Source: Acutalibacteraceae bacterium (GTDB lineage: Bacteria; Bacillota; Clostridia; Oscillospirales; Acutalibacteraceae). Taken from it: DNA of 64,000 nucleotides. Shown here in pieces: positions 55,324 through 64,000 of the stretch. The stretch lies in NCBI GenBank assembly GCA_045542715.1, contig JAZQLN010000013.1, forward strand, positions 54,363-118,362, given 5' to 3'. Both the position numbers and the translations under genes were made by a program. The number at the start of each line of letters is the position of its first letter. Within the stretch, counting starts at the first letter, position 1. Under the pieces are notes generated by a model. That model was not told the DNA's origin, did not search any database, and saw only the letters and a program-made list of their open reading frames with translations.

Positions 55324-56970
55324 TTACTTATCAAGCTTCATTTCAACCTGAGTTGCAACAAGGCTTTCGCCGCAATAAATCTTGCGGAGCTTGGGTTTTT
55401 CTATCTTACCCGTGGGATTACGGGGAACATCTGCAAAAATAAGCTTATGGGGACGCTTGTATCTGGGAAGGTCTCGGCAGAAATCCTTGATATCATCTTC
55501 ATCCGCCTTATATCCTTCTTTGATTTCAATGATTGCAGCAGCGATTTCGCCGAGTCTCGCATCGGGGAGACCGATAACCGCAACATCCTTGATTGCTTCA
55601 TGCTTACGCAGGAAGTCTTCAATCTGTACGGGATAGAGGTTTTCACCGCCTGAAATAATAACGTCCTTCTTACGGTCAACAAGATAGATGAAGCCGTCTT
55701 CATCTTCCTGAGCCATGTCACCGGTAAAGAGCCAGTTGCCGTGAAGAACTTCGTTGGTGGCTTTTTCATCGTTGAAATAGCAGAGCATTACGCCGGGACC
55801 CCTTACCGCAAGCTCACCAACCTCGCCTCTGTTAACGGTATTGCCGTTTTCGTCAACGATTTTGGTTTCCCAACCGTAGCCTGCTTTACCTATAGCACCG
55901 ACCTTATGTACGTTTTCAACGCCGAGATGAACACAGCCGGGTCCGATTGATTCGCTCAGGCCGTAGTTTGTGTCATACTGATGATGGGGGAATATCTTCA
56001 TCCATCTCTTGATGAGGCTGGGAGGTACGGGCTGTGCACCGATATGCATAAGTCTCCACTGGTCAAGATTATAACGGCTGAGGTCGATATCTCCTCTCTC
56101 GATTGAATCAAGGATATCCTGTGCCCAGGGAACAAGAAGCCATACTATTGTGCACTCCTCCTCGGAAACAGCCTTGATAATCCATTCAGGCTTTGCACCC
56201 TTGAGGAGAACGGACTTTGCACCTACAAGCAGACTGCCGAACCAGTGCATTTTTGCACCTGTGTGGTAAAGCGGCGGAATGCAGAGGAAAACATCGTCTT
56301 TGCTCTGCGAATGGTGATTCTGCTCAACCTCGCATGAATGAACAAGTGCTCTGTGTGCATGGAGAATAGCCTTGGGGAAGCCTGTTGTTCCCGATGAGAA
56401 ATAGATAGCTGCATGGTCATCGTCGGAAATCGTTATTTCGGGATTTCTCGATGTGCAGTATTTGACAAGCTTATTGTAGCTTTCAGCAAATGTGGGGCAA
56501 TCCTCACCAAGGTAAAGACGGAGCTTTACATCGGGAATTCTGTCACAAATATGCTCCATTCTGCCGATGAATTCGGGACCGAAAACAATTGCATCGCTTT
56601 CCGAAAGCTTGAGGCAGTATTTGATTTCGTCCGCTGTATAACGGTAGTTAAGAGGCACAACAAGTGCACCCGTCTTGAGAATTCCGAAGTATATGGGGAG
56701 ATATTCGATGCAGTTCATGAGAAGAATTGCAACTCTGTCTCCCTTTTTGATTCCTCTGGAAAGAAGAAAGTTTGCAAAACGGTTGGCTCTTCTGTTGAAC
56801 TCATCCCATGTAATTTCGCTTCTTCCGTCACGGTTTGCACCCTGCTCGATGAGAGAATATTCCCTCCATGTCACATGGCTTTTCTCCTGCACTTCAGGGT
56901 TGATTTCAACAAGGCTCACATCATCCTTATAGAGCGTTGCGTTTCTTTCAAGAAATTCAATAATAGGCAT
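55324..56970 (-). CDS. Class I adenylate-forming acyl/aryl-CoA ligase
   Basis: FSSGTTGFPK, YGLSE, TGD, DRKKD.I.SGGEN, PRNPTGKI. Start at ATG 56970 after AAGGA. Confidence 0.9.
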   Translation of the reverse strand: MPIIEFLERNATLYKDDVSLVEINPEVQEKSHVTWREYSLIEQGANRDGRSEITWDEFNRRANRFANFLLSRGIKKGDRVAILLMNCIEYLPIYFGILKTGALVVPLNYRYTADEIKYCLKLSESDAIVFGPEFIGRMEHICDRIPDVKLRLYLGEDCPTFAESYNKLVKYCTSRNPEITISDDDHAAIYFSSGTTGFPKAILHAHRALVHSCEVEQNHHSQSKDDVFLCIPPLYHTGAKMHWFGSLLVGAKSVLLKGAKPEWIIKAVSEEECTIVWLLVPWAQDILDSIERGDIDLSRYNLDQWRLMHIGAQPVPPSLIKRWMKIFPHHQYDTNYGLSESIGPGCVHLGVENVHKVGAIGKAGYGWETKIVDENGNTVNRGEVGELAVRGPGVMLCYFNDEKATNEVLHGNWLFTGDMAQEDEDGFIYLVDRKKDVIISGGENLYPVQIEDFLRKHEAIKDVAVIGLPDARLGEIAAAIIEIKEGYKADEDDIKDFCRDLPRYKRPHKLIFADVPRNPTGKIEKPKLRKIYCGESLVATQVEMKLDK

Positions 56971-57111
56971 GTCGTCATTCCTTTTCTTTTTACTTTTATA
57001 AAACATATTGTTGATAAACAGGAACAGCATATTAATATAACACAAGTTATATCAAAAGTAAATGATGTTTTTAAATATTTTATAAATAAAAAGCACTGCG
57101 TTCGGGTTTAT

Positions 57112-57176
57112 CACTTTAAAGCTTTTATGCATTAAAGTGTATTCTATATAATATAACAACATATACGATTTGTCAA
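57112..57176 (-). promoter_or_regulatory. Promoter and operator of the ligase-iorAB-paaK-ACT operon
   Basis: TTGACA(57176-57171)-17bp-TATTAT(57153-57148). IR CACTTTAA-N12-TTAAAGTG (57112-57139) lies just downstream. Confidence 0.65.
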
Positions 57177-57255
57177 CACATTTTTTCAAAAAACACAAAA
57201 TAAAAACACGGTAAGCACAGAGTGACTGCACTCTAACCTTACCGTGCCTTTGCTG

Positions 57256-57453
57256 TCAGCTGTAAACCAAATCTTCGATAATATCAAGAACATGGTTTGA
57301 CTCCACTCCGTTTTCATTAAGCAAACGGATGATTGTTTCGGCAAATTCCTTGTCAGTTGTGAAATCGCAGATTATTCTGCCGTTTTCCTCAACGGCATAA
57401 ATCTGCACCGTTTCATCTTCAATTTCTTTTTCTGTTTTTGTCAGTGAGTACAA
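57256..57453 (-). CDS. Small acidic protein, DUF6514-like
   Basis: RBS GGAGG; I.D.TTD......I..L.N......H..DIIED pattern. Confidence 0.6.
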   Translation of the reverse strand: MYSLTKTEKEIEDETVQIYAVEENGRIICDFTTDKEFAETIIRLLNENGVESNHVLDIIEDLVYS

Positions 57454-57616
57454 TGTCAGGACCTCCGATTTTTGAAAATATGTGCCAATCCGTCACAAAG
57501 TATACACTATTTATCTTTATAAATCAACCCTGAAACACAGAAAAATGGTGTTTTTGACAAAAATTGGATATTTTAAACATTTGCAGCACTGCAAAATTGT
57601 AAATTATTACCATTAA

Positions 57617-58264
57617 TCACACGAAATCCGCAATATCCTTTACGGTTTCCGCTATATAATCAGCCTGAGCATTCTCCAATTCTTCACGGTCTCCGTAGCC
57701 ATAAAGCACACCGATGCTGTCAATACCGACTGTTTTTGCTCCAACTATATCATGCATTCTGTCTCCGACCATAACCGATTTTTCTTTATCCGTTATTCCG
57801 CACGATTCAAGTGCATAGTCAATCACCTCAGCTTTAACGGTGCGTGTGCCGTCAAGGTTTCCGCCTGCAATATAATCAAAATATTTATCCAGACCAAAGT
57901 GACGGAGCACCTCTTTTGCAAAAATCTCAGGCTTTGATGTTGCAACTATCAGCGTTTTCCCATTTGTTTTAAGCTCCTTCAGTAAATCCTCAACGCCGTC
58001 ATAAACAAGATTTTCATATAATCCTCTGTCACGGTAATACTCACGGTAACAGTCAACCGCTTTATAGGACTCTTCTTTTGAAAATCCGTAATATTTTTCA
58101 AACGATTCCGCAAGAGGCGGACCTATAAATTTATAAAGCTCCGACCTGTCCGAAACCTCAATGCCGTATTTTTTCAGTGCATACATAACAGAATTTGTTA
58201 TTCCGATACCTGGGTCGGTCAGCGTTCCGTCAAGGTCAAAAAGTATTGTACCGTAAGTTTTCAT
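57617..58264 (-). CDS. HAD superfamily IA hydrolase (5'-nucleotidase/phosphoglycolate phosphatase-like)
   Basis: FDLDGTLTD, FIGPPL, ATSKP, MVGDR.HD..GA. Confidence 0.88.
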   Translation of the reverse strand: MKTYGTILFDLDGTLTDPGIGITNSVMYALKKYGIEVSDRSELYKFIGPPLAESFEKYYGFSKEESYKAVDCYREYYRDRGLYENLVYDGVEDLLKELKTNGKTLIVATSKPEIFAKEVLRHFGLDKYFDYIAGGNLDGTRTVKAEVIDYALESCGITDKEKSVMVGDRMHDIVGAKTVGIDSIGVLYGYGDREELENAQADYIAETVKDIADFV

Positions 58265-58283
58265 TGTATTTCCTTTCAAAAAA

Positions 58284-58303
58284 GAGGCTGAAAAATCAGC
58301 CTC
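58284..58303 (-). terminator. Hairpin terminator after the GH-like gene
   Basis: GAGGCTGA-4nt-TCAGCCTC followed by a T run on the minus strand. Confidence 0.7.
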
Positions 58304-58315
58304 CGTGTTAATTGA

Positions 58316-59548
58316 TTATTCTGCATAAGCCTTCTGCACTGCGTAATATGCGGGCTTGGGATTACCCTGACCGTCAACGAGACCCCAGCCTGTTTCAACG
58401 GGGCAGTCAGCCTGACCGCAAACATAGCAGCTGTCACTGTCACCCCAGCAGTAAACACACATACCGATAACATAATCAAGACTGCGTACCTTGGGAATTA
58501 TATATTCAAAGAATTCAGCCTGACCCTCGGGAGTATGGGGATATTTATAAAGTCCGGTACCCTCTGCAAGCTCACAGTAGAGATGGTTTGAATATTCGCC
58601 GTCAAAAATGAGGTCCGCGCGTTCTTCGGGTGTTCTGTCGCTGTAATCCTCAATGATTTCTTCCTTCATATCCTCGGGAAGATTGTTGATGAAATCATCG
58701 ATATTCGCTCTTGCTTCTTCTTCGCTGTTATATCCGTATTTCTGAAGAATTGCAATCTTCTCTTCCTCTGTTTTGGGTTCGCCGTAACCGATATAACCGA
58801 ACTCGCAAAGAATAATGGGTTTGCCTGTTATTTTTCTTACGAAGTTGAGAATTGTTACATACTGGTCTGCATTCTTAAGCACAGGTTCAAAGCAGCCGAG
58901 GTACATATCAAGACCCACATAGTCGCAATATTTATGATACTTCATCATTTTGAACGGAAGCTCAAGAATTGAAAGACCGCCGAGGTTATAGCCGATTATA
59001 ATATCTCCTCTGACGGGATACATCGCTTCAAGCTGCATTCCGATGAACTCGGCAGCCTCGTCAAGAGTAAGAGGAAGAGTGAAACGGTCAATACCCATTT
59101 CGTTTGTAATCTGGAATGCGCCGACTATACCCCTGAGGTCTTCAACATAAAACTTTGCAATTTCCTGAATTCCTTCTCTGCTTTCGGGTTTACGGGGGTC
59201 AAGTCCGTATGCGATGTAATCATCGGGATAAGGTGTGATACCAAAAATTCTTATGCCGTTGTCAACATATTTCTGACTTTCAGCCTTCCAGTTTGTATAG
59301 CTCTGCGAGATTGTTCCGTCTGCGTTATAAGGGAACGGAATATCGTCTCTGAACCACTCGATATTACCTTCTTTGATGAGGTCATAATCGGGATCAAGAT
59401 GGCAGACGCCCTTCATAAAGCCGTCAATTTTCTCTTCCGCAACGGGAACTTCCTTATCAAAATAAGCTGTGGGGTCCCATACAATCATCGATGCAAGAGG
59501 AGTGATGAGAGCAAGGATAAAGCCGATAATTCTGAACAAAATTGTCAT
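58316..59548 (-). CDS. Exported clan GH-A-like glycoside hydrolase, family unassigned
   Basis: ITNEM (acid/base), ILCEFG (nucleophile), W....W and WGLVD..G.PKPAY C-terminus; N-terminal leader. Confidence 0.65.
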   Translation of the reverse strand: MTILFRIIGFILALITPLASMIVWDPTAYFDKEVPVAEEKIDGFMKGVCHLDPDYDLIKEGNIEWFRDDIPFPYNADGTISQSYTNWKAESQKYVDNGIRIFGITPYPDDYIAYGLDPRKPESREGIQEIAKFYVEDLRGIVGAFQITNEMGIDRFTLPLTLDEAAEFIGMQLEAMYPVRGDIIIGYNLGGLSILELPFKMMKYHKYCDYVGLDMYLGCFEPVLKNADQYVTILNFVRKITGKPIILCEFGYIGYGEPKTEEEKIAILQKYGYNSEEEARANIDDFINNLPEDMKEEIIEDYSDRTPEERADLIFDGEYSNHLYCELAEGTGLYKYPHTPEGQAEFFEYIIPKVRSLDYVIGMCVYCWGDSDSCYVCGQADCPVETGWGLVDGQGNPKPAYYAVQKAYAE

Positions 59549-59667
59549 ATTTATTCTCTCCTTTTATTTAATACTGTAATTTTATCACAGCAAATCCGCC
59601 AATTCAATCAATTTTGAACAGCGGATTTATTTTTGGTATTATTTACAATTATACTTATTGATTTTTG

Positions 59668-60639
59668 TTAATTAGTCACAGATGCTTTTATCACTTTTTC
59701 GGCAATCGCGCGCAGCTGATCCATGGTTTCAAGAGCACCGATTTCCTGCCTCAACGCCGCCGCACCGCGAACCCCTTTTACATACCATCCCGAATGCTTC
59801 CGTGCTTCACGCATTCCGATATAACCACCCTTATACTCACAAAGTTTACCGATATGGCGAATCATAATTTCCATTCTTTCTTCAATCGGAGGCTCGGGAA
59901 TGATTATTCCGCTTTCGAGGTAGGCGTTCACACGGTCAAACAGCCACGGTGCACCGAGAGCACCTCTGCCTATCATTATAAAATCACAGCCCGTTGTTTC
60001 GTACATATTCTTTGCGGATTCGGGGTCAACTATATCGCCGTTACCTATAACGGGAACACCGACCGCTTCTTTGACCTGCCTGATAATATCAAGATTTACG
60101 GGCGGTGCATACATCTGCTTTCTTGTTCTGCCGTGAACGGTTATCGCCGCCGCACCCGCACTTTCGAGAAGCTTAGCCATCTGAACGGCATTGATGCTGT
60201 TTTCATCCCAACCCGAACGGATTTTAACGGTTACGGGAAGCTCAATTGCCTTAACGCAGGCTTCGGTTATTCTTGCGGCAAGGTCAGGTTCCTTCATAAG
60301 AGCAGAGCCGCCGCCGTTGCCTGCAATTTTCGGTGCAGGGCAGCCCATGTTGATATCAACAGCCTGACAGCCGGTATCCGCCGCTTTTTTTGCCGCTTCC
60401 GCCATTGTTGCGGGGTCACAGCCGAAAATCTGCACCGCTGCAGGCTTTTCCGTTTCTCCGAGAAACATCAGGGAATCGGACTTTCTGTCATGCATTGTGA
60501 GACCCTTTGAGCTGACCATTTCGGTTACAACATAAGCTGCACCGAATTCAATGCACAGTTCACGGCAAGCTCTGTCCGCAACACCCGCCATGGGTGCAAG
60601 AGCCGCATATCCTTTTATTTCAAAGTTTCCTATTTTCAT
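59668..60639 (-). CDS. dusB: tRNA-dihydrouridine synthase B
   Basis: LAPMAG, TEMV, QIFG, NMGCP, VKIR.G, HGRTR, GNGDI, GRGALG.PW. Confidence 0.93.
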   Translation of the reverse strand: MKIGNFEIKGYAALAPMAGVADRACRELCIEFGAAYVVTEMVSSKGLTMHDRKSDSLMFLGETEKPAAVQIFGCDPATMAEAAKKAADTGCQAVDINMGCPAPKIAGNGGGSALMKEPDLAARITEACVKAIELPVTVKIRSGWDENSINAVQMAKLLESAGAAAITVHGRTRKQMYAPPVNLDIIRQVKEAVGVPVIGNGDIVDPESAKNMYETTGCDFIMIGRGALGAPWLFDRVNAYLESGIIIPEPPIEERMEIMIRHIGKLCEYKGGYIGMREARKHSGWYVKGVRGAAALRQEIGALETMDQLRAIAEKVIKASVTN

Positions 60640-60767
60640 AAGTTCTCCAGCAGTTTTTATTAAACGTACGATTATATTATCATTATTTTAAATTATTTTC
60701 AATAATTTTCAAAAAATTGCTGAAATTTACAATTTATATGGTATAATGTAAAATGAGGTGATTTGGA

Positions 60768-63338
60768 ATGAAACTTTTAGCCCTTGACGGCAACAGCATT
60801 CTTAACCGTGCGTTTTACGGAATCAAACTGCTTACAACCAAAGACGGCACAAAATTCACAAACGGAATCTACGGATTTCTCAATATACTTTTAAAACTTA
60901 AGGAAGAGGTTTCCCCCGATGCGGTGGCAATCGCTTTCGACGTTAAAGCTCCCACCTTCCGCCACGAGATGTATTCGGGTTATAAGGCAAACAGAAAAGG
61001 CATGCCTCCCGAGCTTGCTCAGCAGATGCCTCCCCTTAAGGAGCTTCTTTCCGCAATGGGTTATAAAATCCTTGAGGTGCCCGGCTGGGAAGCCGATGAC
61101 ATTCTCGGCACTCTTGCCGCTAACTGCGGAAAAGATGATTTCTGCTACATCGCTACGGGTGACCGTGACTCACTCCAGCTTGTGCGTGACAATGTCAACG
61201 TTTTGCTCGCTTCAACAAAAATGGGCAGACCGCAGAGCGTTAAATATGACTGCGATAAAATCATGGAAGAATATCTTGTCACACCCGAGCAGATGATTGA
61301 TATCAAAGCTCTTATGGGCGATACTTCAGACTGCATTCCCGGCGTTGCGGGTATCGGTCAGAAAACAGCGCAGGATTTAATCAGCCGTTTCGGCTCGATT
61401 GATGAAATTTATGCAAATATCGATACAATCGACATCAAAAAAGGTGTTCACGATAAGCTTGTCAACGATAAGGATATGGCATATCTGAGCCGTGACCTCG
61501 GCACAATCCGCACAAACGCTCCGATTGAAGCCGGCTACGGTGATTATATCCCCTCCGACCCCGATGCATTCAGGGTTACAAGTCTCCTTGCAGAGCTTGA
61601 AATGTATAAAATGATTGAGCGTCTTGAACTCAAAGTTCCCGAAAAGAAAGAAGAAAAATGCGTTGAAACGGTTTGTGTCAACTGTTTCGAGCAGGATGAC
61701 CTTAAGCTCCTTTTCAATCTGCTCAGGAAATCCGGCAACGCATATTTTACATTTGACAGCGGTGAATTCCTTTTTGCAACGGATAACGGAGTTGCAAAAG
61801 TCTGTGCATTGAATGCGGGATATGCGGAATTCTGCTCCGACTTCCTTTTTGCTCCCGAAATAAAAAAATACACCTATAATGTCAAACAGCTCTATTCGTT
61901 TTTCTACGATTACGGCAACGATATAGAAATCAACAGCATCTGCGGCGATGCAATGCTTTCCGCTTATGTTATAAATCCCTCATCGGGGGCTTATGACCTC
62001 AAGAGAATCATTGAAGAATACGCAAGCACCGCTATTCCGGAAGATAATGAAAACGCTTTCTTCACTGCATATCTTCCCAAGGCATTTGAAAGAATGAACA
62101 AGCTCATTGACGAGCATAACCAGACCCGTCTGCTTGAAGAAATAGAGATTCCTCTTGCAAAGGTTCTTGCATCAATGGAGTGCGAAGGATTTCTTGTTGA
62201 TGCAGACGGCATAGAAAAATTCGGCAATGATTTGCAGAAACGAATTGAAGTTCTTGTTGCGGATATTTATGAAGAAGTCGGCTGTGAATTCAATCTCAAT
62301 TCTCCCAAACAGCTCGGCGAAGCGTTGTTTGTCAAAATGGGGCTTCCCGCAAAGAAGAAAACAAAAAGCGGATATTCCACCAATGCAGAGGTACTTGAGG
62401 GCCTTGCACCGGATTATCCCGTTGTTGCAAAAATTCTTGAATACAGAACTCTTGCAAAGCTTAAATCAACCTATTGCGAAGGTCTGCTTAAGGTTATCGG
62501 TGATGACGGCAGAATTCATTCAAGCCTCAATCAGACCGAAACAAGAACGGGCAGAATTTCATCAACCGAACCCAATCTGCAGAATATTCCCGTACGTTCA
62601 GAGCTTGGCAGAGAGATGAGAAAATTCTTCATGGCAAAAGAGGGATGTGTTCTCGTTGACGCCGACTATTCACAGATTGAGCTTCGTGTTCTTGCCCACA
62701 TGGCAAACGATAAAAACATGATAACCGCATTCAACAACGGTGACGATATCCATGCAATAACGGCATCTCAGGTTTTCAATATGCCTCTGATGATGGTTAC
62801 TCCTCTTATGAGAAGCCGTGCAAAAGCTGTCAATTTCGGCATTGTTTACGGCATCGGTGCGTTCTCGCTGGCAAAGGATATAGGCGTTACCCGTGCCGAA
62901 GCAGACAGCTACATCAAAGGCTATCTTGCAAACTTCGGCGGTGTTCGCGACTACATGAAAGATGTTGTTGAAAAAGCCAAAGAAAAAGGCTATGTCGAAA
63001 CGGTTTTCGCAAGACGCAGATATCTTCCCGAGCTTACATCGTCAAACGCAATGATGCGTGCATTCGGAGAAAGAGTTGCTCTCAATATGCCTATTCAGGG
63101 CACGGCGGCGGATATAATCAAAATTGCCATGATAAGAGTATACGAAACACTCAGAAAGCAATGTCTTAAAGCTAAGCTTATCATGCAGATACATGACGAA
63201 CTGATTATCGAAGCACCCGAAGAAGAAGCAGGCGTTGTTGCCGGCATCATCAAGCGTGAAATGGAAAATGCAGTCAAGATGCGTGTAACAATGCAGGCTG
63301 ATGTAGGCATAGGCAAAACATGGTATGAATCAAAGTAA
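60768..63338 (+). CDS. polA: DNA polymerase I
   Basis: 5'-3' exo (DGNS, FD, EADD, GD.SD). Pol A motifs DYSQIELR, R.RAK.VNFG.VYG, QIHDEL. Confidence 0.97.
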   Translation: MKLLALDGNSILNRAFYGIKLLTTKDGTKFTNGIYGFLNILLKLKEEVSPDAVAIAFDVKAPTFRHEMYSGYKANRKGMPPELAQQMPPLKELLSAMGYKILEVPGWEADDILGTLAANCGKDDFCYIATGDRDSLQLVRDNVNVLLASTKMGRPQSVKYDCDKIMEEYLVTPEQMIDIKALMGDTSDCIPGVAGIGQKTAQDLISRFGSIDEIYANIDTIDIKKGVHDKLVNDKDMAYLSRDLGTIRTNAPIEAGYGDYIPSDPDAFRVTSLLAELEMYKMIERLELKVPEKKEEKCVETVCVNCFEQDDLKLLFNLLRKSGNAYFTFDSGEFLFATDNGVAKVCALNAGYAEFCSDFLFAPEIKKYTYNVKQLYSFFYDYGNDIEINSICGDAMLSAYVINPSSGAYDLKRIIEEYASTAIPEDNENAFFTAYLPKAFERMNKLIDEHNQTRLLEEIEIPLAKVLASMECEGFLVDADGIEKFGNDLQKRIEVLVADIYEEVGCEFNLNSPKQLGEALFVKMGLPAKKKTKSGYSTNAEVLEGLAPDYPVVAKILEYRTLAKLKSTYCEGLLKVIGDDGRIHSSLNQTETRTGRISSTEPNLQNIPVRSELGREMRKFFMAKEGCVLVDADYSQIELRVLAHMANDKNMITAFNNGDDIHAITASQVFNMPLMMVTPLMRSRAKAVNFGIVYGIGAFSLAKDIGVTRAEADSYIKGYLANFGGVRDYMKDVVEKAKEKGYVETVFARRRYLPELTSSNAMMRAFGERVALNMPIQGTAADIIKIAMIRVYETLRKQCLKAKLIMQIHDELIIEAPEEEAGVVAGIIKREMENAVKMRVTMQADVGIGKTWYESK

Positions 63339-63348
63339 GGTATAGATT

Positions 63349-63783
63349 ATGAAAATATTATTTGTATGCACAGGCAACACCTGCCGCAGTCCGATGGCTG
63401 AGGGTATGTTCAAAAAAATCCTTGCCGACAAAGAAATCAGCGGAATTGAATGTTCAAGTGCGGGTCTTTTTGCAATGACGGGCGATGAAGTCACTCCCAA
63501 TTCCGTCAAAGCCTGTGAAAGATTCGGCGTTGATATTTCGGCTCACAGAGCAAGAAGAATAAATGAATATATTCTTGACGAAACCGATAAATTTGTATGT
63601 ATGACAAATCAGCACGCTTCAAGTCTTTCACTGTATGTTCCGCATGAGAAAATAACTGTTCTCGGAAACGGAATACCCGACCCCTTCGGCGGTGACATTG
63701 AAACTTATATGGTTTGTGCAAATTCTATAAAGGAAGCTCTTGTTTCTCAGTTTGACGAAATCGTTTCGGAGGTTTCTGAATGA
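63349..63783 (+). CDS. Low molecular weight protein arginine/tyrosine phosphatase (YwlE-like)
   Basis: CTGNTCRS P-loop and DPFGG. Confidence 0.9.
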   Translation: MKILFVCTGNTCRSPMAEGMFKKILADKEISGIECSSAGLFAMTGDEVTPNSVKACERFGVDISAHRARRINEYILDETDKFVCMTNQHASSLSLYVPHEKITVLGNGIPDPFGGDIETYMVCANSIKEALVSQFDEIVSEVSE

Positions 63784-64000
63784 ATTTTGAAATTGTTGAA
63801 ATGAAAGCGGAACACATTCCCGAGATAGCACGATTGGAAACCGTGTGTTTTTCCTCACCGTGGAGTGAAAAAGCCTTGTCCGAGGAGCTTGAAAACGAGA
63901 ACGCTCATTTTCTTGTTGCCGCTTCGGATACCGTTCTCGGATATATCGGCGTTCAGGAAATCTGCGGCGAAGCGTACATTACAAACATTGCGGTTTTCCG
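63780..64000 (+). CDS. rimI: Ribosomal-protein-alanine N-acetyltransferase, 3'-truncated by window edge
   Basis: My translation: MNFEIVEMKAEHIPEIARLETVCFSSPWS...EAYITNIAV. ATGA overlap with the upstream gene. Confidence 0.8.
   Translation, partial: MNFEIVEMKAEHIPEIARLETVCFSSPWSEKALSEELENENAHFLVAASDTVLGYIGVQEICGEAYITNIAVF

Overview
This is an ordinary-looking chromosomal window from a spore-forming anaerobic Firmicute. It carries sigG and Clostridia-style RBS and sigmaA promoters, so a gut or rumen Oscillospirales lineage is likely (inferred). It has about 55 CDS and I found no rRNA, tRNA, CRISPR array, phage gene or transposase. Housekeeping content: phosphohexomutase (partial), potABCD, sigG, galK, two M42 peptidases, a polar amino-acid ABC transporter, rluA, trkAH, MATE, an aryl-CoA ligase/IOR cluster, dusB, polA, an LMW phosphatase and rimI (partial). 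The stand-out is a ~12 kb locus (18970-30774). It combines GDP-heptose enzymes (HddA-like kinase, HddC-GmhB fusion), a ketoisomerase/epimerase-type cupin, a close homolog of Campylobacter Cj1427/WcaG (GDP-heptose C4-dehydrogenase), three paralogous ~640-aa cobalamin-dependent radical SAM enzymes and two distantly paralogous polytopic membrane proteins. It has no GmhA, no C4-reductase, no soluble glycosyltransferase and no RiPP precursor. I propose it as a candidate uncharacterised pathway for a radical-modified (for example C-methylated) heptose glycoconjugate. Other notable items are a circularly permuted amino-acid binding lipoprotein, two MITE-like elements sitting in terminators (one with a 28-bp target duplication), and an atypical N-terminal leader shared by five unrelated hydrolases. 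All family calls come from motif recognition and recollection, not database searches.
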